Positions 1-11,849 of a DNA stretch of 35,224 nt are shown here, in pieces. How positions within the stretch are numbered: position 1 is the stretch's first letter; each line of letters starts with the position of its first letter. Origin of the DNA: Craspedostauros australis (Eukaryota); the NCBI GenBank assembly GCA_030167865.1, contig JALAGF010004597.1:1-35224 (forward strand). Reading direction: 5' to 3'. The notes beneath the pieces were generated by a model. That model ran no database searches, was not told the DNA's origin, and worked only from the letters and a program-made list of their open reading frames with translations. The position numbers were made by a program, and so were the translations under genes.

Positions 1-1812
1 TTTGCGTGACATCTGCTCGTATTTCTTGTCGGGCAGGAATCTGAATTTCATTTCGCCGGGCCGTTCTGACTCTGTGTTGAAGAGGGTAGCTACTGCTGCA
101 ACGGCCTCGTACGCTTGTGACCTTTCCACTTCCAGCTTGACGGCTCTCCATGGTTGGACCGTCCAATGGCGTTTCCTGTCTTTGTATTTCTCTTTGGTTT
201 CCTCGCTGACCTGAATGATGTTTTTGATCTTCCCGCCCACCCTGATTTCGCTGTGNNNNNNNNNNNNNNNNNNNNNNNNNNNNNNNNNNNNNNNNNNNNN
301 NNNNNNNNNNNNNNNNNNNNNNNNNAAGAACCCAATCTCTTTCACTTCTTCTGCCTCTTGCAATTGGGCCAGGTATAGACCTTCATGCTCGTTGTAATAG
401 TAGGCATTGAGTTCAGAGTTTCGGTCTGCTGTGATGTCGAAAGGATCCTCGCGCGTCGTGATTCGTACCTTTGCGTAAGTGATGCCGGTGGCGCCCGATG
501 GTGCTCTGAGTCCAGGGAAGAACGTCCGGAGGTCTTCCATTCGTTCTGGTATTTGGCCTGAGTGGGCGATGTGTGGTCCGTTGTTGCTGCTTTCTCTCCA
601 CGGTAGGATCGTGGCCGATGAGTCGATTCAACGGACTTGTCGGAACCATCGCTTGATCCTTTCTCTCACTGCTTCAGTGGTATCCTCCTCCGTTCTGTCC
701 ACGTTAAGCTTGATGGTGAACCTGGTGATGTATTCATGCCTGGGAGGGGCTATCTTTGCCTGAGAGGTGTTGGACTCGTCGTCGGAACTCACTGAGTTGT
801 CGTCTGCTTTGGCTTTGTTGCGTGGTGAGCGTCGTGGGCTGTGGTGTTTTTTGGTGACGCCTGAGTCAGTCGATGTGTCGCTGCTGTTACTTGATCTGGT
901 AGATTGCATGCTGTTGCAGCTGTTCTGGCTGATTTGTGCCATATCCGTGGTGTGTCGTGGCGACTTGAATCTGGTGCGTTTGGTGGGTTGCCTGCTGGTG
1001 TACGAATCGCTGTCGGTACTGAGTGACTCTGTTCCTGTGTTGATGGGCATGGCTGCCACTGAGCTTGTGTTGGGGCGGTTTGCTGCATTGGCCGGGTCGA
1101 TCTGTCTGGATAGCAGGGTGAGTCCATCCATTGTGTCTTCGTTAGCATCGGATGTACTGCTGGGCGCTGCGCCGAGATCATAGTTGGATCCCAAGACTCT
1201 GTTGGCGGCTTTCCACACTTTGACTGCTCTTGCGCTCTTCACTGTCCCGTCGTCGTTGAGGTGTGCTTTGAATACCTCCAGTGGGTTGGTAGATGCTACG
1301 TTGAGGACGAACTGTAGGAGCCGGAGTCGGGTGGGGTCTTTGTTTGGGAGTGTGATTGGGCCGAATGATGTCACCCTGCCGTCTGCTAGGTCGCGGAAGA
1401 AGTGTTCCCACTGCTTGGTGGTTGGATTTTCTCTGTCTGCCGTGGCCTCATCTCTGTTGTACCACACCGCTCGAGCTCTCCATGCCATCTTCGCTGCTCT
1501 GTCAATAGAGCCATCTCCCGTTGCTTTCGCGAATGGCGTGATGTCAATGCCGGTCTTGTTCGCTGCTGTCTTGAAGGTGCTCGATCTTGGTTTGAAGGTG
1601 ATTGAGACATCATCTGGGTCGTTCTCCTCCATTCCTCCATCGTATGGGATGGCTCTTTTTGCTTGACGTCGTGCGCGGTGTTGGTTGCTTGTATCGGTGG
1701 CCATGTTCGTCTCCGGTTTGTCGGGTTCCTTGGTGGGCAGCGTCAAAGTTGGACCATCTTCATGGTTTCGCTCATCGTGGTTGCTCGTGTTGGCTTGCTT
1801 GTTCGAAGTCAT
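1..1812 (-). mobile_element. Probable non-LTR (LINE-like, diatom Ambal-type) retrotransposon ORF1, disrupted by one in-frame TGA; continues off the left window edge
   Basis: The 394-aa ORF 628..1812 stops at TGA 628-630. The same frame stays open after it (IDSSATILPWRES...IPERMEDLRTFFPGL...TYAKVRI...GLYLAQLQEAEEVKEIGF), and left of the N gap it is open again to base 1 (...WRAVKLEVERSQAYEAVAAVATLFNTESERPGEMKFRFLPD...). Codon usage is A/C-rich, unlike the neighbouring host genes, and there are no introns. The ILPW / LQ..IGF / P..MxFxP pattern resembles diatom LINE ORF1 proteins as recalled. No RT or endonuclease lies in the window, so the mobile-element call is inference. Confidence 0.55.
256..325. 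other. Assembly gap (70 N)
   Basis: Run of N directly visible, inside the putative repeat element. Confidence 0.99.
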
Positions 1813-3124
1813 TTTGCTTTGCTGTTGTTTGTGTTGTGTGTGGGTATTAATTAGTTTTTATTTTTCTTTGGTTTGGTTTGTCGGAATTCCGAATCTATCC
1901 TCCCCCAGAACAAAAGCGAGAGACAAGTCTCCTTTCATCCAAATTCGCCGCGAGATGGATGGTGTAGATCGTACCATACGTACGACTTCAAGCGGTACAA
2001 CAAGCAACCAACGTGCGTCTACTCGAAGATGCATGGTGTGGTACGCCACTCTTTCGAGAAAAAGGACAGGGCACCCGATTGGGGACAGAAGCATGGCAGG
2101 CAACAGCACCTCCTTCACGTCCGCAGAGCGCAGAAGGGCTGACTAGAATGGGAGACTCGATGCTACTACGTAGGACGGGCAAGCGTAGTCGATACGATTT
2201 CGTGGCCGCACACTCTGCGCACTGGACCAGAAAGAGATGATGTGAAAATGAGCAACTCTACTCGCCAGAGGATGTGCTTGCTGCTCCGGCAGCACTTTTG
2301 CTTTAGAGTAGTTATATCCGTGAGTTGGTGGACAGTGCGTTCAAGTTGCCAATGGTGGGTGTCTGTCTTTTTGACTGGAGAGGAAGAGGCTTGCAGCGAA
2401 GAGGTACGGCCCAGTCCATGTCAAATCTCTGTCTGTGGTCCAGATCCCTTCTCTATGTCATCCTAGCCAAGTTTTGTTGTGTTGCCTGTGGCAAGGACGA
2501 GCTCATTGACATCGGCTTGGAGAATTGTCGTATGGACAAGCAGTTGAGGGACATTTTGATTGGTCTCTGCCGCCCGTGCCGCAACAGTTTCGTCATGGAT
2601 ATTGCCTGCAAGTTGCACGATTTGGATGGTGATGAGCGAGAGGGGTGGCAAAAGTCCTGCCGCAGCAACCATGTTCGTGTGTAGCTGTTCAGTTTCGTCG
2701 AGAGTTGCGTCCACAGAATTCCAGTCTGCAGTCGCAGCCGTTTTGCCTGGGAGGTGAGCATTGAGCTCCTGTGGTTAGCAGAGCATTGATGTGCGTCGCA
2801 TGAAGAAACGCACGCGCAAACAAAACAGAGGGACAGCGGCCGTTTTTTAATGATGAGTGCAGCAATGGTGAGACAAGGGAGTGAAAGTCTCTCGCATTGA
2901 GAGGTGTAGGAGGCGGTCGATGCCAGAGTCTTGGCAATCTTCTGCACGCTTCAGAAACCTCCGTCGCGATCAGAAACGTTGTCCGTAAATCCGAATCGAG
3001 CTGGAGAAAATGGCTGGCATGCCCGCAACCTTCACTTTCGATTACAACGAAGCAGCAAACCGCTACTCTGTGCATGTGTTTCATGCACAACAGGGGCACG
3101 TGCCCAGAGGAATGATCGTCTTAC

Positions 3125-3373
3125 CACGAGACTATCCAAGGTTCGCTGTGCTTCTAGTTCCAAATCCTCGAGTACGTCATTTGACATAGTCTCCGGCTCC
3201 GCGTTGAGCGCGGTGGAGGTGCAGGTGGCTGTTACCCGGATGCCGCAGGATGCGGTTCTGGGAAATCCCAGGCCAACCGAGAAGGCTTGAACGAGCGTGC
3301 TACCAGCATAGTTCTGAGCACTCAATGCAAAGATTGCAGCGAAGATGAGGGAAGGGATGGAAAGGTATTTCAT
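3125..3373 (-). CDS. First exon of a hypothetical protein with signal peptide plus possible plastid transit peptide; downstream exons (towards about 2460) unresolved
   Basis: ATG at 3373, hydrophobic leader MKYLSIPSLIFAAIFALSA, then VQA-FS (ASAFAP-like), a Ser/Thr/Arg-rich stretch ending STALNA, an acidic segment, and a GTAAGA donor at 3124. Candidate acceptors are TTTTCTCCAG at 3001 and CCTCCCAG near 2747. Confidence 0.45.
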
Positions 3374-4302
3374 CGCGGTTGTTAGTGAGTGGTTTGCTTG
3401 TTGTGTGTGATGTTGTTTTGGATGTCGTTGTTCTGATTTTGTGAGCTATTCGCTTGGCGAGGGCTCCAAGTCACATTCTGTTGTGCTTCAGTCGTCGCCG
3501 AGTACGCGGATGTGGTGTCTATTTGTTGCTGCATTGTACTGCCCTCTGCGAACACGCCCTGTTATTGATTCCTTTCCACTCTCCGACACTTCCAAACCAT
3601 CGGCGAATGTGCGTCCAACTCTCTCCCTTGTGCACGCCCGACTACACGGGGACAAGCGCAACAGGGCGAGCGAATGCAACTTCGTGCATACAGTTTGGAG
3701 ATGAAAACGTCACCATGGAAACATGGTACATGCAGTCTTCCTCGTGAGATCAAAGTTGCTTCTGGAGGCAGCTCTCGTCAGCGCCGCTGTGCACCCATCA
3801 CGTCGAAGATGGCCAGCTGCAGCTGATGTGGTTGGCAGTGTTCGCACGTTACTGCCTTGTCTCCATTTTGCAACGGCTGTGCTTTGTCTTGTGTCCGAGC
3901 TTTTGTGTCATTTGCGCAAAGCCTTGTGCGTAGATTGCTCGAGCACACAACTCCTCTCTTTGTGCTGGATGCGGAGTGAATACAACGCAGTGAGTGGGTT
4001 TTCGGAAATGGAGATCACAGCGCTCAGCATCACTTCCATCGGAGTTTATGAGATCCGTGATCCTCGCGATCCGAAGCTTGGTGGTGTGTGCAATGTTCTA
4101 TTTATGGATATAGCAATACTTATTACACGATGATTCACGCATGCAGGAACGGGAGTGCCATATTATACTAGACAAGCTGCCGTATTACGACTACTATATG
4201 CATGAAGGACATGAGCAAAACAAGTACACCAAATCATGCTTTCATTTGAAGTAGGGGAAGATATCTACTTCTCCATAAGTGCGCCAGAGCACTTAAGCTG
4301 TT

Positions 4303-5373
4303 CTATGCCGAAACGATGTGGAGCCTCCACAAATCGTCCAGGCGTTTTGGATTTGCATCGTCCCCTGCCAGACCGCCGAAGATGAGGAGGCTGCCTCCGC
4401 CAGCATCGATGCAATCACCATCGGACCACCCACGGCACTCGGGCCATGCAGCGGCATCCTCATCAGACGATGCAGACTTGATGTACTGGCCTGTCTTTTC
4501 ATCGAGCAAGACGACATCGTTCTCGAAGCCTCCGGCTCCTTCGTGGCCCTTGGCCGACGGATCCACTTCGCCTCCAAAGATCACGGCGACTCCAACGGAT
4601 GGAAAAGCAGCCGAGATGCAGACGCTGCGCGGACGCATGTCATGGAGCTTGGTGTTGAGATTGTCCTCCTCCCAGACCCCGCCATTGCGATCAAATCGAT
4701 GTCCATCGTTCGTTTCTTCACCGCAAAAGCCGGCGACCACACCGACGAAATTGGACGAATCGAAGGTGAGGAGGTTGGGACCGCCGCGACCGCGCAGGTG
4801 CTTGGATGCTCCAAGAGCATGCCACGTGTTGGTGGGGATGTCGTAGCGATGCAGATCGGCAACGCGGCCGTGGTTGGCACTGCAACCGCCGAAGACGTAA
4901 AGGCTGTCTTCGACGCAGATCATCTTGTGGAAGGACCTTGCTTCGGGTGCATCTTCCGGTTTGCTGGGAACGACCTGCGTCCACGTTTCGGTACCGGCCG
5001 CACCGGAGCAGTCCAACTTCCACAGATCGTTCATGGCCTTCTCCTTCATGGTGATGCCGGCCCTACCACCGAAGATGTACACGAAAGAGTCCTTGTGCAC
5101 TGCCTGCGCGTGCCCCAAGCGTTGCGGCGGCGGCGTTGCCTGAATCAGACGCCACTGCATGGAAGCTGCGTCCGAGACGCCATTCTTCATGTCCAGCGCC
5201 CATGTGGCCTGGGCGTCATCCAGCGGCGTGCGTGCGACATGCTCGCCGCCATAGATGATGGCACGAGTTCCCGCACGCAGCAACGACACGCCGTGGGAGC
5301 TGCGCGCGCAAGGCGTCCCGTGTTCGGGATCAGCGCTTGCGGAGATCTTCGTCCATTTCAATGTTGGTGACAT
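4303..5373 (-). CDS. Kelch-repeat beta-propeller protein, nitrile-specifier protein (NSP)-like
   Basis: Intronless 356-aa ORF with repeated kelch GG/W motifs (IIYGGEH, YIFGGRAG, YVFGGC, VAGFCGEE, IFGGEVDP, IFGGLAG), ARSSH at the N-terminus and GGEVDPSAKGHEGAG, typical of plant NSP/ESP-like proteins. Confidence 0.85.
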   Translation of the reverse strand: MSPTLKWTKISASADPEHGTPCARSSHGVSLLRAGTRAIIYGGEHVARTPLDDAQATWALDMKNGVSDAASMQWRLIQATPPPQRLGHAQAVHKDSFVYIFGGRAGITMKEKAMNDLWKLDCSGAAGTETWTQVVPSKPEDAPEARSFHKMICVEDSLYVFGGCSANHGRVADLHRYDIPTNTWHALGASKHLRGRGGPNLLTFDSSNFVGVVAGFCGEETNDGHRFDRNGGVWEEDNLNTKLHDMRPRSVCISAAFPSVGVAVIFGGEVDPSAKGHEGAGGFENDVVLLDEKTGQYIKSASSDEDAAAWPECRGWSDGDCIDAGGGSLLIFGGLAGDDANPKRLDDLWRLHIVSA

Positions 5374-6340
5374 GTTGTGGTTGCTGTTGATGTTGATGCT
5401 GATGCTGTTGCTGTTGGCAGAGAGAGAGAGAATTGCGGCTGATCAGTTGCCGTTGTCGCTTCTTTTGTTCTGTCAATGTGGCTGATGGTTGTGATTGAGC
5501 ATGTAGTGGAGAATGGGGGGCGGCGATGCGAATGATGTGCGCGGCACACAAGTGGGGGCAGTTGGTGGTGGGGGGAGCCTTGTTTGGTTGATTGGTTGGT
5601 TGTTGAGGATGGCGTGATCTTCCGATCAGATCTCTTCTGTTGTGTGGTGCTGGTTGGTTCATGCTTTTGTTGGATTCAAAACAGATTGCTGTTGGTTGAT
5701 TGGTGAGTTCTCGATGCGACCGTTGACCTGTGTGACACGAAGGCGACATCGAATGCGAACTATTCTCATCACATGCTGCCCACGCGATCATGGGAACAAC
5801 GTGACGGAGACGTCGACGTAGTTCTGCTGACGTCATGGACAGCCACAAAGGACTGCGACCAGCTTCAACACACACGCTGTTTTCATCACACTATATTTTA
5901 ATATACTATTGTAAATGTACTGATAATGTCGATACCAATACGGTCATTCTGCAATTTGCTGACGTGAGCATTGATGTTGTTGAAGGATGACGTCAATTCT
6001 CTGAAGAGAGACACGCAATTCCTGATTTGTGCGAATGTGAGAGGAACCAGCATTGTACTACGAGAACTCCAAGGAACACGTGATGGAAGCAAAGATCCGA
6101 ATCAAAAGAAAGAAAAAGAAACGGCAGAAGTGACACCTTCGTCCATCGCTTGCAACTCACCAAACAGAGAAGACGACCATCAACGTCAACATTGACAACA
6201 ACATCGACGCCAAGATCGACATCGACAGCACCAACTCATTGGTCAATCAAACCATAAATCAACGAGCAATCAATTGACTTCACAAATTCACCTGTGACAC
6301 CATTGCACACAGACGACACACATCTGAATCAACCGCAACA

Positions 6341-8290
6341 ATGTCCACAGCCGCCGTTTCCAACACTGCGCGCACCGCGCAGAAGGCCGCCAAATACTGG
6401 CCAAGACAGAGCCCAACACTGCTGGTAAGGGGAGACGAGGAGACAGTGCATGGAATGCATTCAGTATCAGGAGATGGACATCGATGTCACGGCATCTGTT
6501 GATGCTGCTGCTGCTGCGATCGTCGAGGCGTTCAGCATTCTCACGGCACCAGCCATCCAATCTGCTGCGACGATTATGATGATGATCGCTCACACCTGCT
6601 TTCAATGTTCTGCTTTGCGTGTGAATCGCACAAAATCTGCAATGCTTCCACCATGATGGTCACACCACCGCCAACTTTCCGTTGATCTCGCCACGCAGCA
6701 CGCCATCGACAACAGCTCCAAGCTGGAGCTCTCGCCGGAGCACGAGCAACCCCTCGGAACATGGACATCCGACCAGATCCGCGAATCCGTGCGTGACCAT
6801 GTCATGCTGACATGGGCACCAGGCAAGGCTCGATACAACACGCCCATCGTGACACACGGTGAGGGCGTCTACCTCTTTGACGACAAGGGCAACAAGTACC
6901 TCGACTGGACTTCGCAGGCCGTCTGCTCCAACGTGGGATACACGCTGCCGGATAATGTCATCGACGGCACCGTCAAGCAGATGAAGGAGCTGCCCTTCGT
7001 GTACGGTGGATTGGGCATCACGGAGGTGCGAGCAAGATTGTCAAGCTTGGTCGCGGACCTGTTGCCTGGCGATCTGCAGGGAATGGTCTTTCCATCATCC
7101 GGATCCGAGGCCAACGAGGCTGCCATGTAAGTTATCGGCTCGTCGGTTGTTTATTGCGGTGGCTGCATCGACAGTGCAAGTGTTCATGTTCCTTCATGTC
7201 TGCTGCGATGGGTCTGTGAGACATGTCATGCTCCCACGTATCACCTTGCACTGCATCCATCAATCAACTTCTCACACTCGTACACTTCTCTTGTTTCACC
7301 TTGAATCATTCGCAAAACAGCATGCTCGCACGACGATACACCGGCAAGTACAAGGTGATCAACTGGTACCGCAGCTACCACGGGGGAACCACCAACTCGC
7401 AGCAGGCCACGGGAGACTTCCGAAGATGGTTCGGTGGCGACCTCGTCCCAGGCTTCGTCAAGGCGTCACACCCATACCCGCTGTTCTGGGACTTGGCCGG
7501 GAACACCGAGGAAGAGCGCACCAAGATGGCCCTCAACATGCTGGAGGAGCAGATCCTCAACGAGGGACCCGACAGCATCGCGCTGATCCAGCTCGAGTCC
7601 GTCATCGGAGGCGGCGGCGTCATCGTGCCACCGCCGGGATACATGCAGGGCGTGCGCGCGATCTGCGACAAGTACGGCATCCTCCTGCACTGCGACGAGG
7701 TCATGGTGGGTTTCGGACGCACCGGCGAGCTGTTCGGTTTCCAGAACTACGAGGGCGTCATTCCGGACATCGTGACGGCGGCCAAGGGCATCACGTCCGC
7801 CATCCTGCCGCTGTCCATGATGGCATGTCGCAAGCACATCATGGACGACTTCGAAGACAAGCCGCTGGGTTGGGGATCCACCTACCAGGCCCATCCCGTC
7901 GCCATGGCCTGCGCCTACGAGAACCTGAGATACCTCATCAACGAGGATGTCATCGGGCACGTCCAGCGCATCGCGCCGGTGTTCGAGGACTGCATGAAGA
8001 CGCTGGCCGAGGCGCATCCGTCCATCAAGCAATACCGCAGCATCGGCATGTTCGGTTGCTTCGATGCCCAGCTGCCAAATGGAGAGAATCCTCAGCTGCA
8101 GCACACCGCCGTCGACAAGGCCTTCGTGGAATACAGAAAGGCGTACACCGAAAACGGCCTGATGGGACTGCTGCGCGCCCCGCACCTCCACGTCGCTCCT
8201 CCGCTGACCATCACCGAAGAGGAGCTGCTCGATGGATTCGACAGACAGGATAAGGCCCTGTACACTCTGGACGAGGCGCTTGGCTTCTAA
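6341..8290 (+). CDS. Class-III PLP-dependent aminotransferase (omega-amino acid/taurine transaminase-like); exons 6341-6424, 6699-7126, 7321-8290
   Basis: Motifs HGEGVYLFD..GNKYLD, SGSEANEAAI, YRSYHGGT, DEVMVGFGRTG, PDIVTAAKGITS (PLP lysine) and GSTYQAHP. Introns 6425-6698 (GTAAGG..GCAG, phase 0) and 7127-7320 (GTAAGT..ACAG, phase 2) join the frames exactly. Exon 1 is less certain than exons 2-3. Confidence 0.9.
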
Positions 8291-8972
8291 GAATCTCCAG
8301 TCGTCGCACCTCAGACGTGATGGAAGAGCGCACAACGAAGCATTCCACTATACAATACCACACTTACACATACGATTGCTCTACTTTCGGAGTATGGCAC
8401 ATACGTAAACCCGATAGAACAAGCACACCTTTTTGACAACAGCAGCAGTAGCAGCAATGACAATGTTTCCTGTTGGGGGATGATCGGTGCCGACAACCGC
8501 TGAATGTTCATTGTGCATAGTGGATAACTACAGATTGGCATTGGAATTTACCGTGACTCCCAAGCGGTGTGCAGTTTTTGTCTACACTCGGAAGACTACC
8601 TAAACACGATTCGAAAACAATCGATCGGGTCGTCAGTCGATCGAATCGAAGCCGAAGGAAATTGTTGTCGGTTCCAACCGACGTCGACGACGGTATGCAA
8701 TGACCGTCACTTTGCACGCAGTTTTCCGACGTCGTTGGCACTGCACCTGTTGTGTTTGATTGTTTGGTGGGGCAACGCGACGGATCTCATGCATCGCAAG
8801 GGTATTGATGCTGGTAGAGAGAGTATTGGTACAGTGGAGCAGCACGACAACATCACACCGCCTCCGATCGCAAACGACCAGTAATCTGCATTCCTCGTCT
8901 CCATCACAGCTCCATCGTCGCCACCCTCTTGAAGCCGCAAGCAAGCAACCACGTTCCGGCACGCAGTCATAG

Positions 8973-9970
<998 letters not shown>

Positions 9971-9999
9971 AACAAGTGCGGTTCGGCGTAGTGCAATGG

Positions 10000-10039
10000 C
10001 ATTGAGTTGCGTTGCATTGAGTTGGATCACATTGAGTTG
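10000..10039 (+). repeat. Three copies of CATTGAGTTG at 15-bp period just downstream of the ARL1 stop
   Basis: Copies start at 10000, 10015 and 10030. Confidence 0.75.
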
Positions 10040-10929
10040 CATGACACGAAGAACGGCAAGCGATGGTGGAGATGTGATGATGTGGCGGAATGTGATGGTG
10101 GCAGCGGTGGCAGTGGTGCCCGTGATGGTGACGATGAAGATGATCATGGTGGTGGCAGAATGCGATGGCAAAGGTGGCTTTGATTGGCACAACGAAGGAA
10201 CCTGAAAGGTGGAAATCGAACTAAGGCGGACGTGCGACTCGCGAATGTCGCTCCATGGGCAGACGCAGACATGCGCACGCAATACCGAAGCAATTGCTAT
10301 TGGTCATCATCGTCATCACAGAACCGACGACATGCACGTCCGGAGGTGACCATCGTAGAATCAAGCGTGTGCTCGAACAGACCTGCCACATGGTAACGTG
10401 CATGGAGCCGACGGACGGAGAATAGTAGCCAGGAGTTGTAGCGTATTCCTTCTTGCATTCCGGCAGAGCTGAAGTTGTGCTCTTGAGAGCGTTGCCGCCT
10501 CGTTGAGTTGAGTTGTTTTGAGGTGAAACTACTCGATGGTGTCGTACCCACTTGTACGCTGTCGAGAAGAAGCACGTACCGCGGATGACGTTCCTTCCAT
10601 CTGCGTACTCGCACGATACAAAGCCAAAATACTACAAAGGGCTACAGAAGATCCTCATTCCAGCTTCTGTTTGATGCCAATGTCCTACAGTGTGCAAGTT
10701 ACTACATCATGCTTCATCTATTTCCTCCTGCAGCGTAATACTCGTCTGATATACAACCCGATTGACGCAATGCAGCGATACCCATCCATTCCTTCACTCT
10801 GGATTGCGCCACCATCGTTGCCGCCCAATTCGAAATCTTCATTCCATCATCCCGTGTCCGTCGAGCATGAGTTTGCACAGTTGGAAGTGTTATACGAGTA
10901 TATCGAGAACCTTCCTTTTGGCCTCCTGC

Positions 10930-11421
10930 TTAGATCATATCCGCCTTGGCCTTTTCGATCATCTCACCGAGCTCGCCGGTCTGGTACAGCTCGATCATGA
11001 TGTCGCTGCCGCCGACGAACTCACCGCAGACGTAGAGCTGCGGGATGGTGGGCCACTGGCTGAAATCCTTGACGCCTTGTCGGATGGCCTCGTCGCTGAG
11101 CACGTCGACGGTGTGGAAATCGATCTGGTAGCTCTGCAGGATCTGGGTGGCCGTGTTGGAGAAGCCGCACTGCGGGAACAGCTTGGAGCCCTTCATGAAG
11201 AGCAGGACGGGGTGGCTCTCGACGAGGGCCTCGATGCGTTCCTTCGTGATTTCGGGCGTCTCCTGGAGGAAGTCATCGGACATGGCGAGGGCGGACGTGG
11301 TCGTCGTCGCTGTGGTGGACGCAGCAGACACCATGCGGTGTGGTGCGAAGGCTTCGGCGCCTCCCATCAGGTTGGAGCTGAGGAAGGCGAGGGCGACGAC
11401 GGAGAGGAGGTTGCGGAACAT
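10930..11421 (-). CDS. Plastid-targeted monothiol (CGFS) glutaredoxin, GrxS14/Grx4-5 family
   Basis: LFMKG..FPQCGFS, IRQGVKDFSQWPTIPQLYVCGEFVGGSDIM. Signal peptide followed by AEA-FAP (ASAFAP motif) and a Ser/Thr-rich transit peptide. Confidence 0.93.
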   Translation of the reverse strand: MFRNLLSVVALAFLSSNLMGGAEAFAPHRMVSAASTTATTTTSALAMSDDFLQETPEITKERIEALVESHPVLLFMKGSKLFPQCGFSNTATQILQSYQIDFHTVDVLSDEAIRQGVKDFSQWPTIPQLYVCGEFVGGSDIMIELYQTGELGEMIEKAKADMI

Positions 11422-11849
11422 GGTGCTGGCTTGTCTCGGAGTATAGGAACGTGTTTATGGTTGTACTAGTCGTACTATGTATTGTTCTGTTGCGATGTGG
11501 TTCTGTGGACAGGGTCTCTCTTGTGGAACAACGCAAGTTCTCAAACGAGAGAGTGCGTATCGTTCGGTTTGGAACATGAACGAGCGGGATAGATGGTGTG
11601 GTTGTGGTGTTCTGTGGTTGGTTGGTCGTTGTGCGCAACAAACACAGAAAGATCTTTCGTGACGTCACGCACTGAAAGTCATTCTTCGAACACTCGATTT
11701 CACGCTTCGTCTACTTTCCTCGCATGGGCTACAATGCGCGTTGTATTCTCTCTGCGCGGTACGGATATGGCGCATTAACCAGCCTGGTATTACTAGCACA
11801 CACACAATCGATCCAAGCAAGCAAGCAAGCAATGTAATATTAACGTTGA

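Noticed and set aside
628-630. In-frame TGA as a selenocysteine codon (tempting given SBP2 in the window)
   Set aside because: No redox-motif context and no SECIS visible; a nonsense mutation in a repeat element is simpler.
4316-5370. Long + strand ORFs (350 aa, 176 aa) opposite the kelch gene
   Set aside because: Antisense shadows produced by high GC3 codon bias; no motifs. The same applies to 7466..8335, 10762..11469, 20590..21618, 21948..23102 and 26398..27690.
7006-8253. 415-aa Arg-rich + strand ORF overlapping the aminotransferase
   Set aside because: Alternative-frame artefact running through an intron; no recognisable domain.
8600-8700. Cluster of short palindromes (TCGATCG, CGATTCGA/TCGAATCG, GTCGAC)
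   Set aside because: Short and imperfect, and expected from the CG/TCGA-rich composition; no convincing hairpin or element ends.
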